Of a stretch of 26,427 nt of DNA, positions 7,472 through 16,202 are shown piece after piece; position 1 is the stretch's first letter; every line of letters begins with the position of its first letter. Both the position numbers and the translations under genes were made by a program. The notes beneath the pieces were generated by a model. That model did not search any database and was not told the DNA's origin. It saw only the letters and a program-made list of their open reading frames with translations. Origin of the DNA: a virus (lineage: Duplodnaviria > Caudoviricetes); the IMG/VR virus record IMGVR_UViG_3300037440_000274, positions 1 through 26,427 of that record; one strand, written 5' to 3'.

Positions 7472-7506
7472 GGCGCAGGTCTCCTGTAGGGTTATAGCGC
7501 ATGCGG

Positions 7507-9735
7507 TTAGCGATGGTCAATCGCCTCGTACTCATACACGCCATCGCCGTTTTCCGTGACCTCGATCACCTGCAAGTCCTGCGCGGACTGCCCGCCCGTG
7601 TCGTCCTGAAGCCGATGGTGCGACAGCGTGAACACGTCCCCGGTGCGCAGCGCCTCGTCTTTAGCCCCGAGAGAGAAGCGGATGCGCCGCGTCACGGGCG
7701 CGCGGCGGTTGAGCAGCGCCTGCGCGCGGGCCACGGCTTTGGCCGTTTCCGCCGCGCCGATCCAGCGCGAGAAGACTTGCAACACGCGCGTGTCGCCGAA
7801 TCCATCGGCGGACTCGGCTTCCGCATCAATCTCTATGTGGACGGCGGAGAAGTTGATCTTGTCGTTCAGCGCGCCCGCCGGATTGATGATCCCGAAGTAG
7901 AACTCCACACGGCTGATGCGGCGTTGCGTCCAGTCCTCGCCGTTGTAGGTATCGGCCAGCACGTGCTCCGCATCGGTGAGCGCCGCCACGGGCGCGCGTC
8001 CCGCGTCCAGGATGCGCAGCTTGATTTCCTGGTCAATGTCGTCCCACCACAGATACATTTGCGTCTGCTGGACGATCTCATTGATTAACGTGCGCGCGCC
8101 GGTCGGAAAGGCAATGACCGCAGCGAGCGTGAATCCGGGCAGGAACGACGCGCCTTCGGATTGCCAATCCGTGTACGGGATGAATGCCGGATTGACGTTC
8201 GACACGTCTTGCAGCAAGTCGCGTATGATCTCCCACGGCGGGCCGGATAGTTCTTCTGCGTTCTGAAAGATTTCGCCTTCGGGATGCGGGTCCGCATTCG
8301 TGTTGTGCTGGGCGCGGGTCAGGCGGAAGGCGGGGACTTCGGTGTCGAGGATTTCGCAGATAGCGCTTGTATTAGATGATATAAAACGGCTATTGCCGAC
8401 AAGCTCCCATGTAGAGCCGTTCCAATGATAGCGTTGGAGTAGTTCATTTGTGCTTGCAATGAAAGCAACGTCTGTGTCTGAAAGGCGGGCGAGGGCGACG
8501 GAGCCTCCAAGGAATGCCACCGTCAGTCCGCTGCCGACAAGCTCCCATGTAGAGCCGTTCCAATGATAGCGCCGGAGGGAGTCGTTACCAGTATCAATGA
8601 AAGCAACGTCTGTGTCTGAAAGGCGGGCGAGGGCCGCGGGAAGCCCGACGCCGCTAATATTGAGTCCGCTGCCGACAAGCTCCCATGTAGAGCCGTTCCA
8701 ATGATAGCGCCGGAGGGAGTCGTTGATCCCATCAATGAATGCTATGTCTGTGTCTGAAAGGCGGGCGAGGGCTGGGATTCCCCCGGCTGCGTCAATCACA
8801 AAATCCGCGTTGATTTGAAACCAATCTATTCCGTTAAAATGATAGGTCCTAAGAGTTTTGCTATTTGTCTCAATGAAAACAACCCCATTAAACATCGTCG
8901 CATCAAACCCGACAACCTCCTGACCCACCGATGCAATCCCGCTTGCCGGATACTCCGCCGCCACCGCGCCCGGAGGCTCGATAGATACGACGGTCTGCCG
9001 ATCGTCAATCGCAAAACCCAGCCGCCCCGTGGTGCGCACCGGGAACGTCGCGCGGTCGTCGTCCGCCAGCTTGAGAATGTCCTTGCCGACGATCTTGACG
9101 CGCCCTTGCCCATCCGGCCCCTCCCATCCATCAATGATATAGGTGCGGCGGCGTAGGTTCGCCAGTACCTCCGCTTCCGTCCATGCGGGCTGACCCTCCG
9201 GCCCCACGGCGGGCTCCCAGGGCAGGTACCCGGTGTAGACGTGCATCAGGCGTCCGTTGTAGTGCGGGTTGCGCGCGCGCAGCTTGCCGAACAGGGTGCC
9301 GCGCTCGTACGGGTCGTACCCGTCTTCATCGGTTTGCGCGGCACCGGTAAGCCGCTCCGCCACGTACTTGTCCGCGCCGCGGTCATGGTGCGGCGCGTCG
9401 CGCATCGCCACACTGCACGTCGCGCGCTTGCCCAGGCTCTCGCCTGGATCAATCAGCGTCGGGTTCAGGTCCACGTCCACCAGCAGCGGATACGCATCTA
9501 TCGAGCGCGGCCATCCGTCAACTGGCTCGATGAAGCGGTAGACCTTGGCCTCCGGCGTGTAGTTGGCCGTGTCCTGGCAGGTGCCGAACGTGTTGTAGCA
9601 TTTGCGCACGCCCGTCCCGCCCAGCACGGCGGCGCACGGCGCGACGCTGTACGTCAACGCGCAGAAGTCAAGCTCCAGCTCAACCATGCGCACGAGACGG
9701 CGCCCGGAGCGGAGCTTTGCGGTATCGAAGGTCAC
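7507..9735 (-). CDS. Tail tip/hub protein with an internal repeat insert, 742 aa
   Basis: Second gene after the tape measure. N-terminal Cys cluster (FCAL...PCAA...KCYNTFGTC), ESLGKRA, ARNPHY and LWWDD motifs typical of siphovirus tail-tip proteins. Confidence 0.75.
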   Translation of the reverse strand: MTFDTAKLRSGRRLVRMVELELDFCALTYSVAPCAAVLGGTGVRKCYNTFGTCQDTANYTPEAKVYRFIEPVDGWPRSIDAYPLLVDVDLNPTLIDPGESLGKRATCSVAMRDAPHHDRGADKYVAERLTGAAQTDEDGYDPYERGTLFGKLRARNPHYNGRLMHVYTGYLPWEPAVGPEGQPAWTEAEVLANLRRRTYIIDGWEGPDGQGRVKIVGKDILKLADDDRATFPVRTTGRLGFAIDDRQTVVSIEPPGAVAAEYPASGIASVGQEVVGFDATMFNGVVFIETNSKTLRTYHFNGIDWFQINADFVIDAAGGIPALARLSDTDIAFIDGINDSLRRYHWNGSTWELVGSGLNISGVGLPAALARLSDTDVAFIDTGNDSLRRYHWNGSTWELVGSGLTVAFLGGSVALARLSDTDVAFIASTNELLQRYHWNGSTWELVGNSRFISSNTSAICEILDTEVPAFRLTRAQHNTNADPHPEGEIFQNAEELSGPPWEIIRDLLQDVSNVNPAFIPYTDWQSEGASFLPGFTLAAVIAFPTGARTLINEIVQQTQMYLWWDDIDQEIKLRILDAGRAPVAALTDAEHVLADTYNGEDWTQRRISRVEFYFGIINPAGALNDKINFSAVHIEIDAEAESADGFGDTRVLQVFSRWIGAAETAKAVARAQALLNRRAPVTRRIRFSLGAKDEALRTGDVFTLSHHRLQDDTGGQSAQDLQVIEVTENGDGVYEYEAIDHR
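8395..8772 (-). repeat. Approximately 3 near-identical 138-bp (46-aa) repeats, plus a diverged fourth extending to about 8905
   Basis: TCTGTGTCTGAAAGGCGGGCGAGGGC at 8471, 8609 and 8747 (period 138). Protein unit ALARLSDTD.AFI...RYHWNGSTWELVG. Confidence 0.95.
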
Positions 9736-9763
9736 TCGGAAAACCTCACTCGGAAAACCTCAC
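9732..9763. repeat. 14-bp tandem duplication spanning the stop, RBS and start between two tail genes
   Basis: TCACTCGGAAAACC x2 followed by TCAC. Confidence 0.9.
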
Positions 9764-10593
9764 GACAGTATCCCCGCTGCGTTGATGGTCAGCGCGCCCG
9801 TCACCGTGGACGTGTAGGACGATCCGGGTTGATCGGTGGCCCAAGCGTAGAGTACTTCGGCTTGCTCGATCCCCGCCGCGCCGTCCACGTCCTGGGCTGC
9901 GAAGAAGAAACCGAATTGCTCAATCTGTCGCAGCGTCGGTTCCCACTCCGCGCGAATCCACGCCGGGTCAAGGCCGCGCACGTTCAGCCGCAAGTCCGCG
10001 CCCTGCGATATGACCGTGCGCCCGGTGAACGCGCCGCGCTCCGCGCGCTCTGTCGCGTAGCGCACCGTGCGCGACCAGTATGGCGGCGTGAAGCCTGCGC
10101 CGATGGGCGACGGCAGGCGCAGCGCCTTGCCCAGGTGGATCACGCCGATGCTCACGGCCTCCGCGCTGAACACGCGCACGCGCCAGGCGCCGGCTTCCAC
10201 GTCGTCGAACAGGATCATCAGCGGGCTTGAGTCAGCCGGCATGAAATCCGACGACGCATCAACCCACGACGAGCCGCCGTCCGTGCTGTACTGCGCCTTG
10301 ACCGTCGCACCCCGCGCGTGCAGGTCGTGCGCGGCGATGCCCAGATAGTTCACCAGCGGCAGGCCGGGAACGATGCAACGCGCCCATTGCTCGCCTGCCG
10401 CGCCGGGCCGCCAGAAATCGTGCGTCAGCCCCTCCTTTGTCGCGTTGAGCACCGCGCCCCCGGCCTCAGCAGATGCGGTGACGGTTGCGCCCGCACGGCG
10501 GAAGATCGTGTCCACGCCGAACACGCCGGGATAGCGGGCGAACGGATCGCCGTCGCCCTGCAACTGTGTATTGTAGGCCAGGACAAGGCTCAT
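9760..10593 (-). CDS. Distal tail-type protein with a possible discoidin/galactose-binding-like domain, 277 aa
   Basis: Immediately follows the tape measure. Beta-rich, with TVTASAE, DFWRP, YLGIAAHDL and QYSTDGGSSW motifs. Confidence 0.6.
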   Translation of the reverse strand: MSLVLAYNTQLQGDGDPFARYPGVFGVDTIFRRAGATVTASAEAGGAVLNATKEGLTHDFWRPGAAGEQWARCIVPGLPLVNYLGIAAHDLHARGATVKAQYSTDGGSSWVDASSDFMPADSSPLMILFDDVEAGAWRVRVFSAEAVSIGVIHLGKALRLPSPIGAGFTPPYWSRTVRYATERAERGAFTGRTVISQGADLRLNVRGLDPAWIRAEWEPTLRQIEQFGFFFAAQDVDGAAGIEQAEVLYAWATDQPGSSYTSTVTGALTINAAGILS

Positions 10594-10633
10594 GCTATCA
10601 CCCCCGCCATTCGCGCCCGCGCGCGCACCCGCC

Positions 10634-13540
10634 TCATACGATCACCAGATGGAAAGTCGAATCGTCGCGCAGCTCGTCCCGTATCTGTTCGACCAGACCA
10701 CGCACCTGCCGGCGCGTGAACGTCGCGTTGTCGGAGCCGTTGAGCGTTACCGTCATGGTGCGCTCGCCACCTTCACCGCCGCGCGCAGTGACGGTCTCGC
10801 CCGTCTGCAACACGCCCAAGCCCTCGTCCGGCGCCATACCCGGCAGGCGCAGCAGGTCTTGGGGGCGCAACGGGCCGTCGCTGCCCTCGTGGAAAAGGCG
10901 GGGGAGCCCTGGGAAGATGATTCGGCTGTCGAATCCGCCTCCGCCTCCGCCTCCGCCGCCGAACGGGTTGAATTTGCGGATCACGTCAATGAGGGTCTGA
11001 ATGCTATCCCCAAGCCAGCGGAACACGTCCCGCAGCGCCTGCATTCCGTCCGCAAGAAAGCTCCCGACGTTGTTGAGCACGCGCATGACGCTGATGAGCG
11101 CGCCGATGATGAAAGTCAGCACGCGAATCACCGGGACCAGCACGGCGGCGATGATTTGCGCGAGAAACCGAATCAGCGGGCTCAACTCCACGAGAAGTAT
11201 CGCAAGCTCGCGCAGCAGCGGCTCCAGCGCCTCGAAAACCGGCTGAAAGATTTCGATCACGTCCAGAAGGATTGCACCCAGCGCCTCCACGATGGGGATC
11301 AACCCGCGCACGATGGGTTCTATCGCGGGGCCAAGCGCCTCAAAAATCGGAACCAGCACGTCGGCAATCACTTCGACCAGCGGCTCCAACATTTCGACCA
11401 GATTCTCCAGCGCCTCTTGCACCTTGGGGTTGTTCAGCGCGCGCTGGAACGCCGTGCCGATGATCGCGCTGAACCCCGACCGGATCAGGTTCACAACGCC
11501 GCTGAGCACGGACTTTGCGATGTTGCCGACCATTCGCCCAATCTCGCCCGGCGCAGCCGTCCCGCTCAGCACGTTGAACATGCGCAGCCAATCGCGCCCG
11601 AACCCGCGCGCGACGCCTTGTAGGAAGGTCAGTTCCTTCGCCTGCTTTCGAGACCATTCCAGGGACGGCGCGCTGTTTTCCGTCGCGCCCAGCACCGCGA
11701 AGCCCGCGTTTTCGGCGGCGTCCGCGAAGGTTTTGAAATGGAACTGGTTCTCTTCCAGGAGCCGCTTCTGTTCGCGCAGATACTCCACATAGGGCAGTGA
11801 GTTCTCCGTCGCGCCCAGCGCCGCGAAGCCCGCGCGCTCCGCCGCTTGAGTAAAGGTCAGCAACTTGTCGAACGCCTCGTCCGCGTCCTTCTGCATTTTC
11901 TTGAGCTTTGCGGATATGTCCTCCACAACGGGCGGAATCGTGCTCATGCCCCCGCCACCGCCGCCTTTGTCTCCCGACATTTTCTCTGCCGCCCGGCCCG
12001 CATCCTCCATGGCCGTCGCGGCCTTGCGGATGCCCTCGCGCTCCAGGTCTATGAGCTTGCCACGAAGCGAGTCCGCCATATCCTGCAAGCGATGGCCTTG
12101 TCCGACCAGGCCCATCACCTTCTGCGCGACCTCCACGGCGGCCAGTGCCAGTGCCAGCAACCGCTCGCGCAGCCACTCGATCACGTTGCGGATGAGGTCT
12201 GTGATAGCGTCGCCCCAGCCGACCCACACGGCGGTCAGCAGCCCGGCGGCTGCGATGGTCAGGCCAACCGGACCCGTCGCCACAACAAAGACGGCGGCCA
12301 GAACTTTGGAGAACAATCCAATCGCCAGCAGGATAGGGCCTGCGGCGGCGAACAGCGCGGCGATGGTTGCGGCGAAGCGCACAAATCCCGCATCCGCGTC
12401 GGAAATCCAGCGCACCGCCTGGGTAAACACATGCGCCGCCGTGGTGGCGAATTCCAAGATGCCGGACGATGCGACGGCGATAGCGAGCCCTTCAAGCGCG
12501 CTGCGCAGTTCCACCACGGCGCCTTTGAAGCCCTCCATCTGGACGCCTGCGATGCGGGCCGCGGTACCGCCGCTCTCCTCCATGCGCTCGGTGAACGTGC
12601 GCAGCGCAGCGCCACCCTGCGCCATGAGTTCGATCATCGCCGGGCCGGCGCGCTGGCCGAACATTCCCATCATGTCCGCCGCGTCCAGACCGGCGGCGCG
12701 CATGGCGTCCAGAATGTCGGGCAACGGCTTGATCTTGCCGGCGGCGTTGAACGCGCTCTGGCCCGCTTCCTCCAGCGCCTCGTTGATCTTCGACGTTGGA
12801 GTGATGAGTTCGGCAATCGCGCGTCGCAGCGACGTTCCCGCCATGGCGCCCTGTATGCCCGCGTTGCTTAGCAAGCCGACGGCGGACGAGGCCTGTTCGA
12901 CGCTCACACCGGCAGCGCGCGCCACGGGCGCCACGAACTTCATCGCCTGCCCGAGTTGCAGCACGTCTGTGTTGGCGGACGCGGCGGCTGCGGCGAGAAC
13001 GTCCGCCACGCGCCCGGACTCCGATGCGGCGATGCCGAAGCCCTGCATGATGTTCGACGCTATGTCCGCCGCCGCTCCAAGCTCAAGTTGACCGGCAGCC
13101 GCAAGGTTGAGCATCCCAGGCATGGCGGCGATGATTTCATTTGCGCCAAAGCCCGCGCGGGCCAGGAAGGCCATGCCGTCCGCCGCTTGACCGGCGGAGA
13201 ACACAGTCGTCGCGCCAAGCTCGCGCGCTTGGGCTTGGAGCGCATCGAAGTCGGAGCCCGTCGCGCCCGAGACGGCGCGCACCAGATTCATCCCTTGCTC
13301 AAAATCCCCCGCCGCTCCAAGGATAGCCTTGCCCATCAGAGCGATGGGCGCGGTCACGCCGATGGACAACACGCCGCCGATGCGCGTCATGTTGTCGCCG
13401 AACTTGTTCAGCCGCGCGGACAAGCTTTTGAAGCTCGTCTCCAGACCGCCAGCCGCGCGCTTCGCGCCCGCAATCCCGCGCTCAAGGCCCTGGTCGTCCG
13501 TGCGGAGTTCTAGGACTGCAGATCCAAGCGCTTCAGACAC
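10634..13540 (-). CDS. Tail tape measure protein (TP901 family core), 968 aa
   Basis: LGSAVLELRTD start, ARELGATTVFSA, AGIQGAMAGTSLR core, Ala/Gly-rich amphipathic repeats. GTG start with GAGG RBS. Confidence 0.95.
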   Translation of the reverse strand: MSEALGSAVLELRTDDQGLERGIAGAKRAAGGLETSFKSLSARLNKFGDNMTRIGGVLSIGVTAPIALMGKAILGAAGDFEQGMNLVRAVSGATGSDFDALQAQARELGATTVFSAGQAADGMAFLARAGFGANEIIAAMPGMLNLAAAGQLELGAAADIASNIMQGFGIAASESGRVADVLAAAAASANTDVLQLGQAMKFVAPVARAAGVSVEQASSAVGLLSNAGIQGAMAGTSLRRAIAELITPTSKINEALEEAGQSAFNAAGKIKPLPDILDAMRAAGLDAADMMGMFGQRAGPAMIELMAQGGAALRTFTERMEESGGTAARIAGVQMEGFKGAVVELRSALEGLAIAVASSGILEFATTAAHVFTQAVRWISDADAGFVRFAATIAALFAAAGPILLAIGLFSKVLAAVFVVATGPVGLTIAAAGLLTAVWVGWGDAITDLIRNVIEWLRERLLALALAAVEVAQKVMGLVGQGHRLQDMADSLRGKLIDLEREGIRKAATAMEDAGRAAEKMSGDKGGGGGGMSTIPPVVEDISAKLKKMQKDADEAFDKLLTFTQAAERAGFAALGATENSLPYVEYLREQKRLLEENQFHFKTFADAAENAGFAVLGATENSAPSLEWSRKQAKELTFLQGVARGFGRDWLRMFNVLSGTAAPGEIGRMVGNIAKSVLSGVVNLIRSGFSAIIGTAFQRALNNPKVQEALENLVEMLEPLVEVIADVLVPIFEALGPAIEPIVRGLIPIVEALGAILLDVIEIFQPVFEALEPLLRELAILLVELSPLIRFLAQIIAAVLVPVIRVLTFIIGALISVMRVLNNVGSFLADGMQALRDVFRWLGDSIQTLIDVIRKFNPFGGGGGGGGGFDSRIIFPGLPRLFHEGSDGPLRPQDLLRLPGMAPDEGLGVLQTGETVTARGGEGGERTMTVTLNGSDNATFTRRQVRGLVEQIRDELRDDSTFHLVIV

Positions 13541-13886
13541 GGGGTGCCTCTTGGGGCTTCTGCATCACGCCGATACCCATGGCGCGCAGCATTTCAGGTG
13601 TGGCCGGGCGAGCGCGGGCGCGGCCCCTGCCTCCTTGCGCGTCGCGCACCCATCCGCGCACGATGCGCTGCGCGGCGTCTTTCTTGAGCTGGCCGCTTCC
13701 GACCTGGACGACGCGCACAGCGGCCATGGACTCGCGCGCGATCAATCCCGGTATCGCCTCCAGGTACAAGCGCAGCACCCATCCCGGCAGGTCTAGCCAC
13801 GCTCCGGGATCGCCGCCGTAGAAGCGCTGGAGGCCGGGGACGACGTCGGCCCATTCTCCGGGGCGGACGGCTCGCCCCGCGCGTTG
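13533..13886 (-). CDS. Tail assembly chaperone C-terminal (gpT-like) segment, reached by -1 frameshift
   Basis: The -1 frame is open from the slippery site: QRAGRAVRPGEWADVVPGLQRFYGGDPGAWLDLPGWVLRLYLEAIP...APRV. Predicted fusion is about 218 aa. Confidence 0.8.
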   Translation of the reverse strand, partial: QRAGRAVRPGEWADVVPGLQRFYGGDPGAWLDLPGWVLRLYLEAIPGLIARESMAAVRVVQVGSGQLKKDAAQRIVRGWVRDAQGGRGRARARPATPEMLRAMGIGVMQKPQEAPRV

Positions 13887-14188
13887 AAAAAAGCGGCGAT
13901 GATCCGCATTCGAGCGCCGAACTTGACGCGCGTGGCCACGTCGTCCGGGAGCGGCAGGATGCGCGTGAAGATGGAGTCCATCCCGCTCTGCGCATCCGCG
14001 ATCTCCGCTTCCGTCGCGTCCGGCTTGTCGGACAGGGCCATCACGCGCTTGCCGGTCGTGCTCAAGCGGTGCTGGTCTTTGAGGCTGAAGTCGTCCATGT
14101 CCGCCAGCGGGTAGTCGTGCCCGTCAATGCGCACCACGTCGCGCGGCGTGTCGGTGTCCAGCGTCAGCAGCGTCTTGGGATCGGCCAT
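13793..14188 (-). CDS. Tail assembly chaperone (gpG-like), 131 aa (MADPKTLL...)
   Basis: GAGG RBS, lies between tail tube and tape measure, VRIDGHDYPL start motif. Confidence 0.8.
   Translation of the reverse strand: MADPKTLLTLDTDTPRDVVRIDGHDYPLADMDDFSLKDQHRLSTTGKRVMALSDKPDATEAEIADAQSGMDSIFTRILPLPDDVATRVKFGARMRIIAAFFNARGEPSAPENGPTSSPASSASTAAIPERG
13859..13892 (-). other. Programmed -1 ribosomal frameshift signal
   Basis: In-frame T TTT TTC heptamer (13892-13886), 6-nt spacer, then hairpin CGGGGCG-AGCCGTC-CGCCCCG (13879-13859). Confidence 0.8.
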
Positions 14189-14393
14189 GAGTTTCCTCTT
14201 CGCCTTGGGGGTTGTTGTCGGAGGGGTTGTCAGGTGGGTTGTCATGCGTCGTGATCGCAATCCCGAGATTGGCGCACAGACGCTCAAGCTCCGCGCGCTT
14301 TTCTTGCAGCGAACGGCGATGCGCGCGGAGCGCCGCCTTGTGTCCCGCTATTTCCGCCAGCAGGCGGGACACGGCATCAGGTGGCGAGCGCAT
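14124..14393 (-). CDS. Possible small coiled-coil protein between tail tube and chaperone (start uncertain)
   Basis: Fills a gap of about 190 bp. Heptad-like LLAEIAGHKAALRAHRRSLQEKRAELERL. Overlaps both neighbours and has no clear RBS. Confidence 0.4.
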   Translation of the reverse strand: MRSPPDAVSRLLAEIAGHKAALRAHRRSLQEKRAELERLCANLGIAITTHDNPPDNPSDNNPQGEEETHGRSQDAADAGHRHAARRGAH

Positions 14394-14979
14394 CTTGAGA
14401 GACGATGCGCCCGAACCGGAACTCGTCGGAGCTGGCGTTGATATCTTCCAGCAGAACCCATTCCATGTTGAGCATCGCCGGTTCGCCTTTCTGGAACGTC
14501 AGCTCGGTGGAGCCTTCCGGGCGGGCGCGCGGGAACTCGTACTGATTCTTCATCCCATCGCCGTAGGGCGAGACGCCGCGAATCAGCAGCGCGCGCTCCA
14601 CGACTTCCAACCCTTTGTAGAGCGCGACGGAACGATACCCCGCCACGCCCGCACTCGCCGCCACCTGCGACACGACGTTGAAGTTGAGGCGCTGACGGTA
14701 TTGCTCCAACGTCAGGTCCACCAGCGAGAAGGAGAGCATGTGACCCTCCTCCGTGCGGAAGCTCTTGAGGATTCCGGTGCTCCCAAGCCCGCGGAAGTCC
14801 TCCACGGTTTCCTCGTGAGTGATCGTCACGCCGTCTTCCGCGTACTCGCGCGAGCCGAGCGTCCCGACCAGCGTCCAATTCCCTCCGGGCGGGCTGGCGT
14901 CAACCGCAGGGAAGGCCTCGCCCACGGGCGCGACGTATACCTCCAGCGGCGCGGCGATGATCTCATACGGTGCGGACAT
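14377..14979 (-). CDS. Major tail (tube) protein, 200 aa (MSAPYEIIAAP...)
   Basis: GAGGG RBS. VYVAPVG...P...WTLVG...EDGVTI pattern of siphovirus tail tubes, and gene position. Confidence 0.85.
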   Translation of the reverse strand: MSAPYEIIAAPLEVYVAPVGEAFPAVDASPPGGNWTLVGTLGSREYAEDGVTITHEETVEDFRGLGSTGILKSFRTEEGHMLSFSLVDLTLEQYRQRLNFNVVSQVAASAGVAGYRSVALYKGLEVVERALLIRGVSPYGDGMKNQYEFPRARPEGSTELTFQKGEPAMLNMEWVLLEDINASSDEFRFGRIVSQDALAT

Positions 14980-14989
14980 GGTGCCCTCG

Positions 14990-15421
14990 CTATGCAGCCG
15001 CCAGCTCGCTGGACAGCACTTGATAGGATTCGAGGACGCCAGGCCACTGCGCGTCCCCGTCAATGAACGTGATGCTGGCGCCCGCCGGGCGAATCCAATG
15101 CACGAGTACGGCGGAAGCGGTGCGGCGCTGAACCGCTCTGAAGGCGCCCCTCAGGGCGCGTCGCACGCGGCCCGCCTCGTATGTGTTCTCGCCGTAGCAC
15201 AGGGCGTCAAGCCGCTGCGCCTGCAATTCAATCGTCCCGGTCGTGTATGACGGCTCCACGCCTCCGCTTTGCTTGAGCACCAGCGCCTTGCGCGGCATGG
15301 ACGCGGAGTCAGCCTGTGGCAGGCTCTCCCCGTACACGCGCGCGCCTACCAGCGCGGCCACGCTGGCGTCCGCCTTGGCTATGGCGATCACGGCGGCGAG
15401 CGCATCGGCAACGGCGGTCAT
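14990..15421 (-). CDS. Tail terminator/completion protein, 143 aa
   Basis: ADASVAALVGARVY motif, position directly before the tail tube, ATGA overlap. Confidence 0.75.
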   Translation of the reverse strand: MTAVADALAAVIAIAKADASVAALVGARVYGESLPQADSASMPRKALVLKQSGGVEPSYTTGTIELQAQRLDALCYGENTYEAGRVRRALRGAFRAVQRRTASAVLVHWIRPAGASITFIDGDAQWPGVLESYQVLSSELAAA

Positions 15422-15846
15422 GCGCCCTCTCTGTAGGCGGCGCGGATGTTCTCGGCCAGCGACGGGTAGATCGCATCGGCGGCTGGTCGCAAGTACGGCC
15501 GGGGCGGAATCGTCACCGATGCGGCGGAACGGAACTCGCCTCCGACCTGGAACGCGAGACGCGCGGCGCTCTTGGGGCGGATCGTTCCGCCAAGCTCGTG
15601 GATCAGCGCGTACACCACGTCTGCCGATCCCCATGTTCCGCGCACGCCGCGCCCGGCCACGCGCGCGAACTGAATGATCTTGATCGAGCCTTCCAGGATG
15701 CCGGTCTGATTCCGCCAAGCGTGATTGTTCTTCGCCTGGACGACGGTCTGCGACAGAGTGCGGTTGACGCCGGTGATCTGCGCTCGGCGCGCGCGCGCGA
15801 GCACCTTGGCGCCGTTCCACTCCAGTCTCGATCCGCGCTTCGCCAT
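15418..15846 (-). CDS. HK97 gp10-like/virion morphogenesis neck protein, 142 aa
   Basis: QTGILEGSI, YALIHELGG and IPPRPYLRPA motifs. Confidence 0.8.
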   Translation of the reverse strand: MAKRGSRLEWNGAKVLARARRAQITGVNRTLSQTVVQAKNNHAWRNQTGILEGSIKIIQFARVAGRGVRGTWGSADVVYALIHELGGTIRPKSAARLAFQVGGEFRSAASVTIPPRPYLRPAADAIYPSLAENIRAAYREGA

Positions 15847-16202
15847 CACGCCACCCTCAACACGCTGTACTCTGTGTGGTCGTGCTTGTGCTGCGGCGCT
15901 TCCAGCGCCAGCGGCCCCGCCCACAGCACGGCTCCAAGCCTGTCCTCCACGCGGGCGATCCGGTCAAGTTCCGTCAAGTCCGCGCCCAACGGGACGATCA
16001 TCCGCACGTCCTCCACCAGCTTGTCCCGGTCAACGTCCACTACATGCCGCCGTGCCCGAGACCAGACCCTGCATGGTATTGCCGCGGGCTGCTCAACCCA
16101 CGTCGGCGGATCGGGCTGCCCGTATGGATTGCTCGTCGCAGTCGTGTTGCGCTGGACAACCGCTCGCATCGTCATTTGCTGCCGCGCGAGGCCGCCGGCC
16201 AT
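15846..16202 (-). CDS. Head closure (head-tail joining) protein, 118 aa
   Basis: NPYGQP, IPCRV and GADLTELDRI motifs. Position and TGATG coupling. Confidence 0.7.
   Translation of the reverse strand: MAGGLARQQMTMRAVVQRNTTATSNPYGQPDPPTWVEQPAAIPCRVWSRARRHVVDVDRDKLVEDVRMIVPLGADLTELDRIARVEDRLGAVLWAGPLALEAPQHKHDHTEYSVLRVA

Noticed and set aside
8395-8772. Diversity-generating retroelement TR/VR pair
   Set aside because: The repeats are in-frame and tandem, their differences are not restricted to adenines, and no reverse transcriptase gene is present in the window.
10935-10962. (CCGCCT)n microsatellite
   Set aside because: It simply encodes a poly-Gly linker in the tape measure protein.
11630-11850. 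Internal repeat of about 40 aa (AGFA.LGATENS) in the tape measure
   Set aside because: Internal repeats are ordinary for tape measure proteins.
10592-13091. Long + strand ORFs antisense to the tape measure (also 18713-20059 and 22508-23704)
   Set aside because: These are shadow ORFs of GC-rich genes with no motifs or RBS.
14205-14246. Repeated ACAACCC motif upstream of the chaperone RBS
   Set aside because: Short, low-complexity A/C-rich leader with no further supporting structure.
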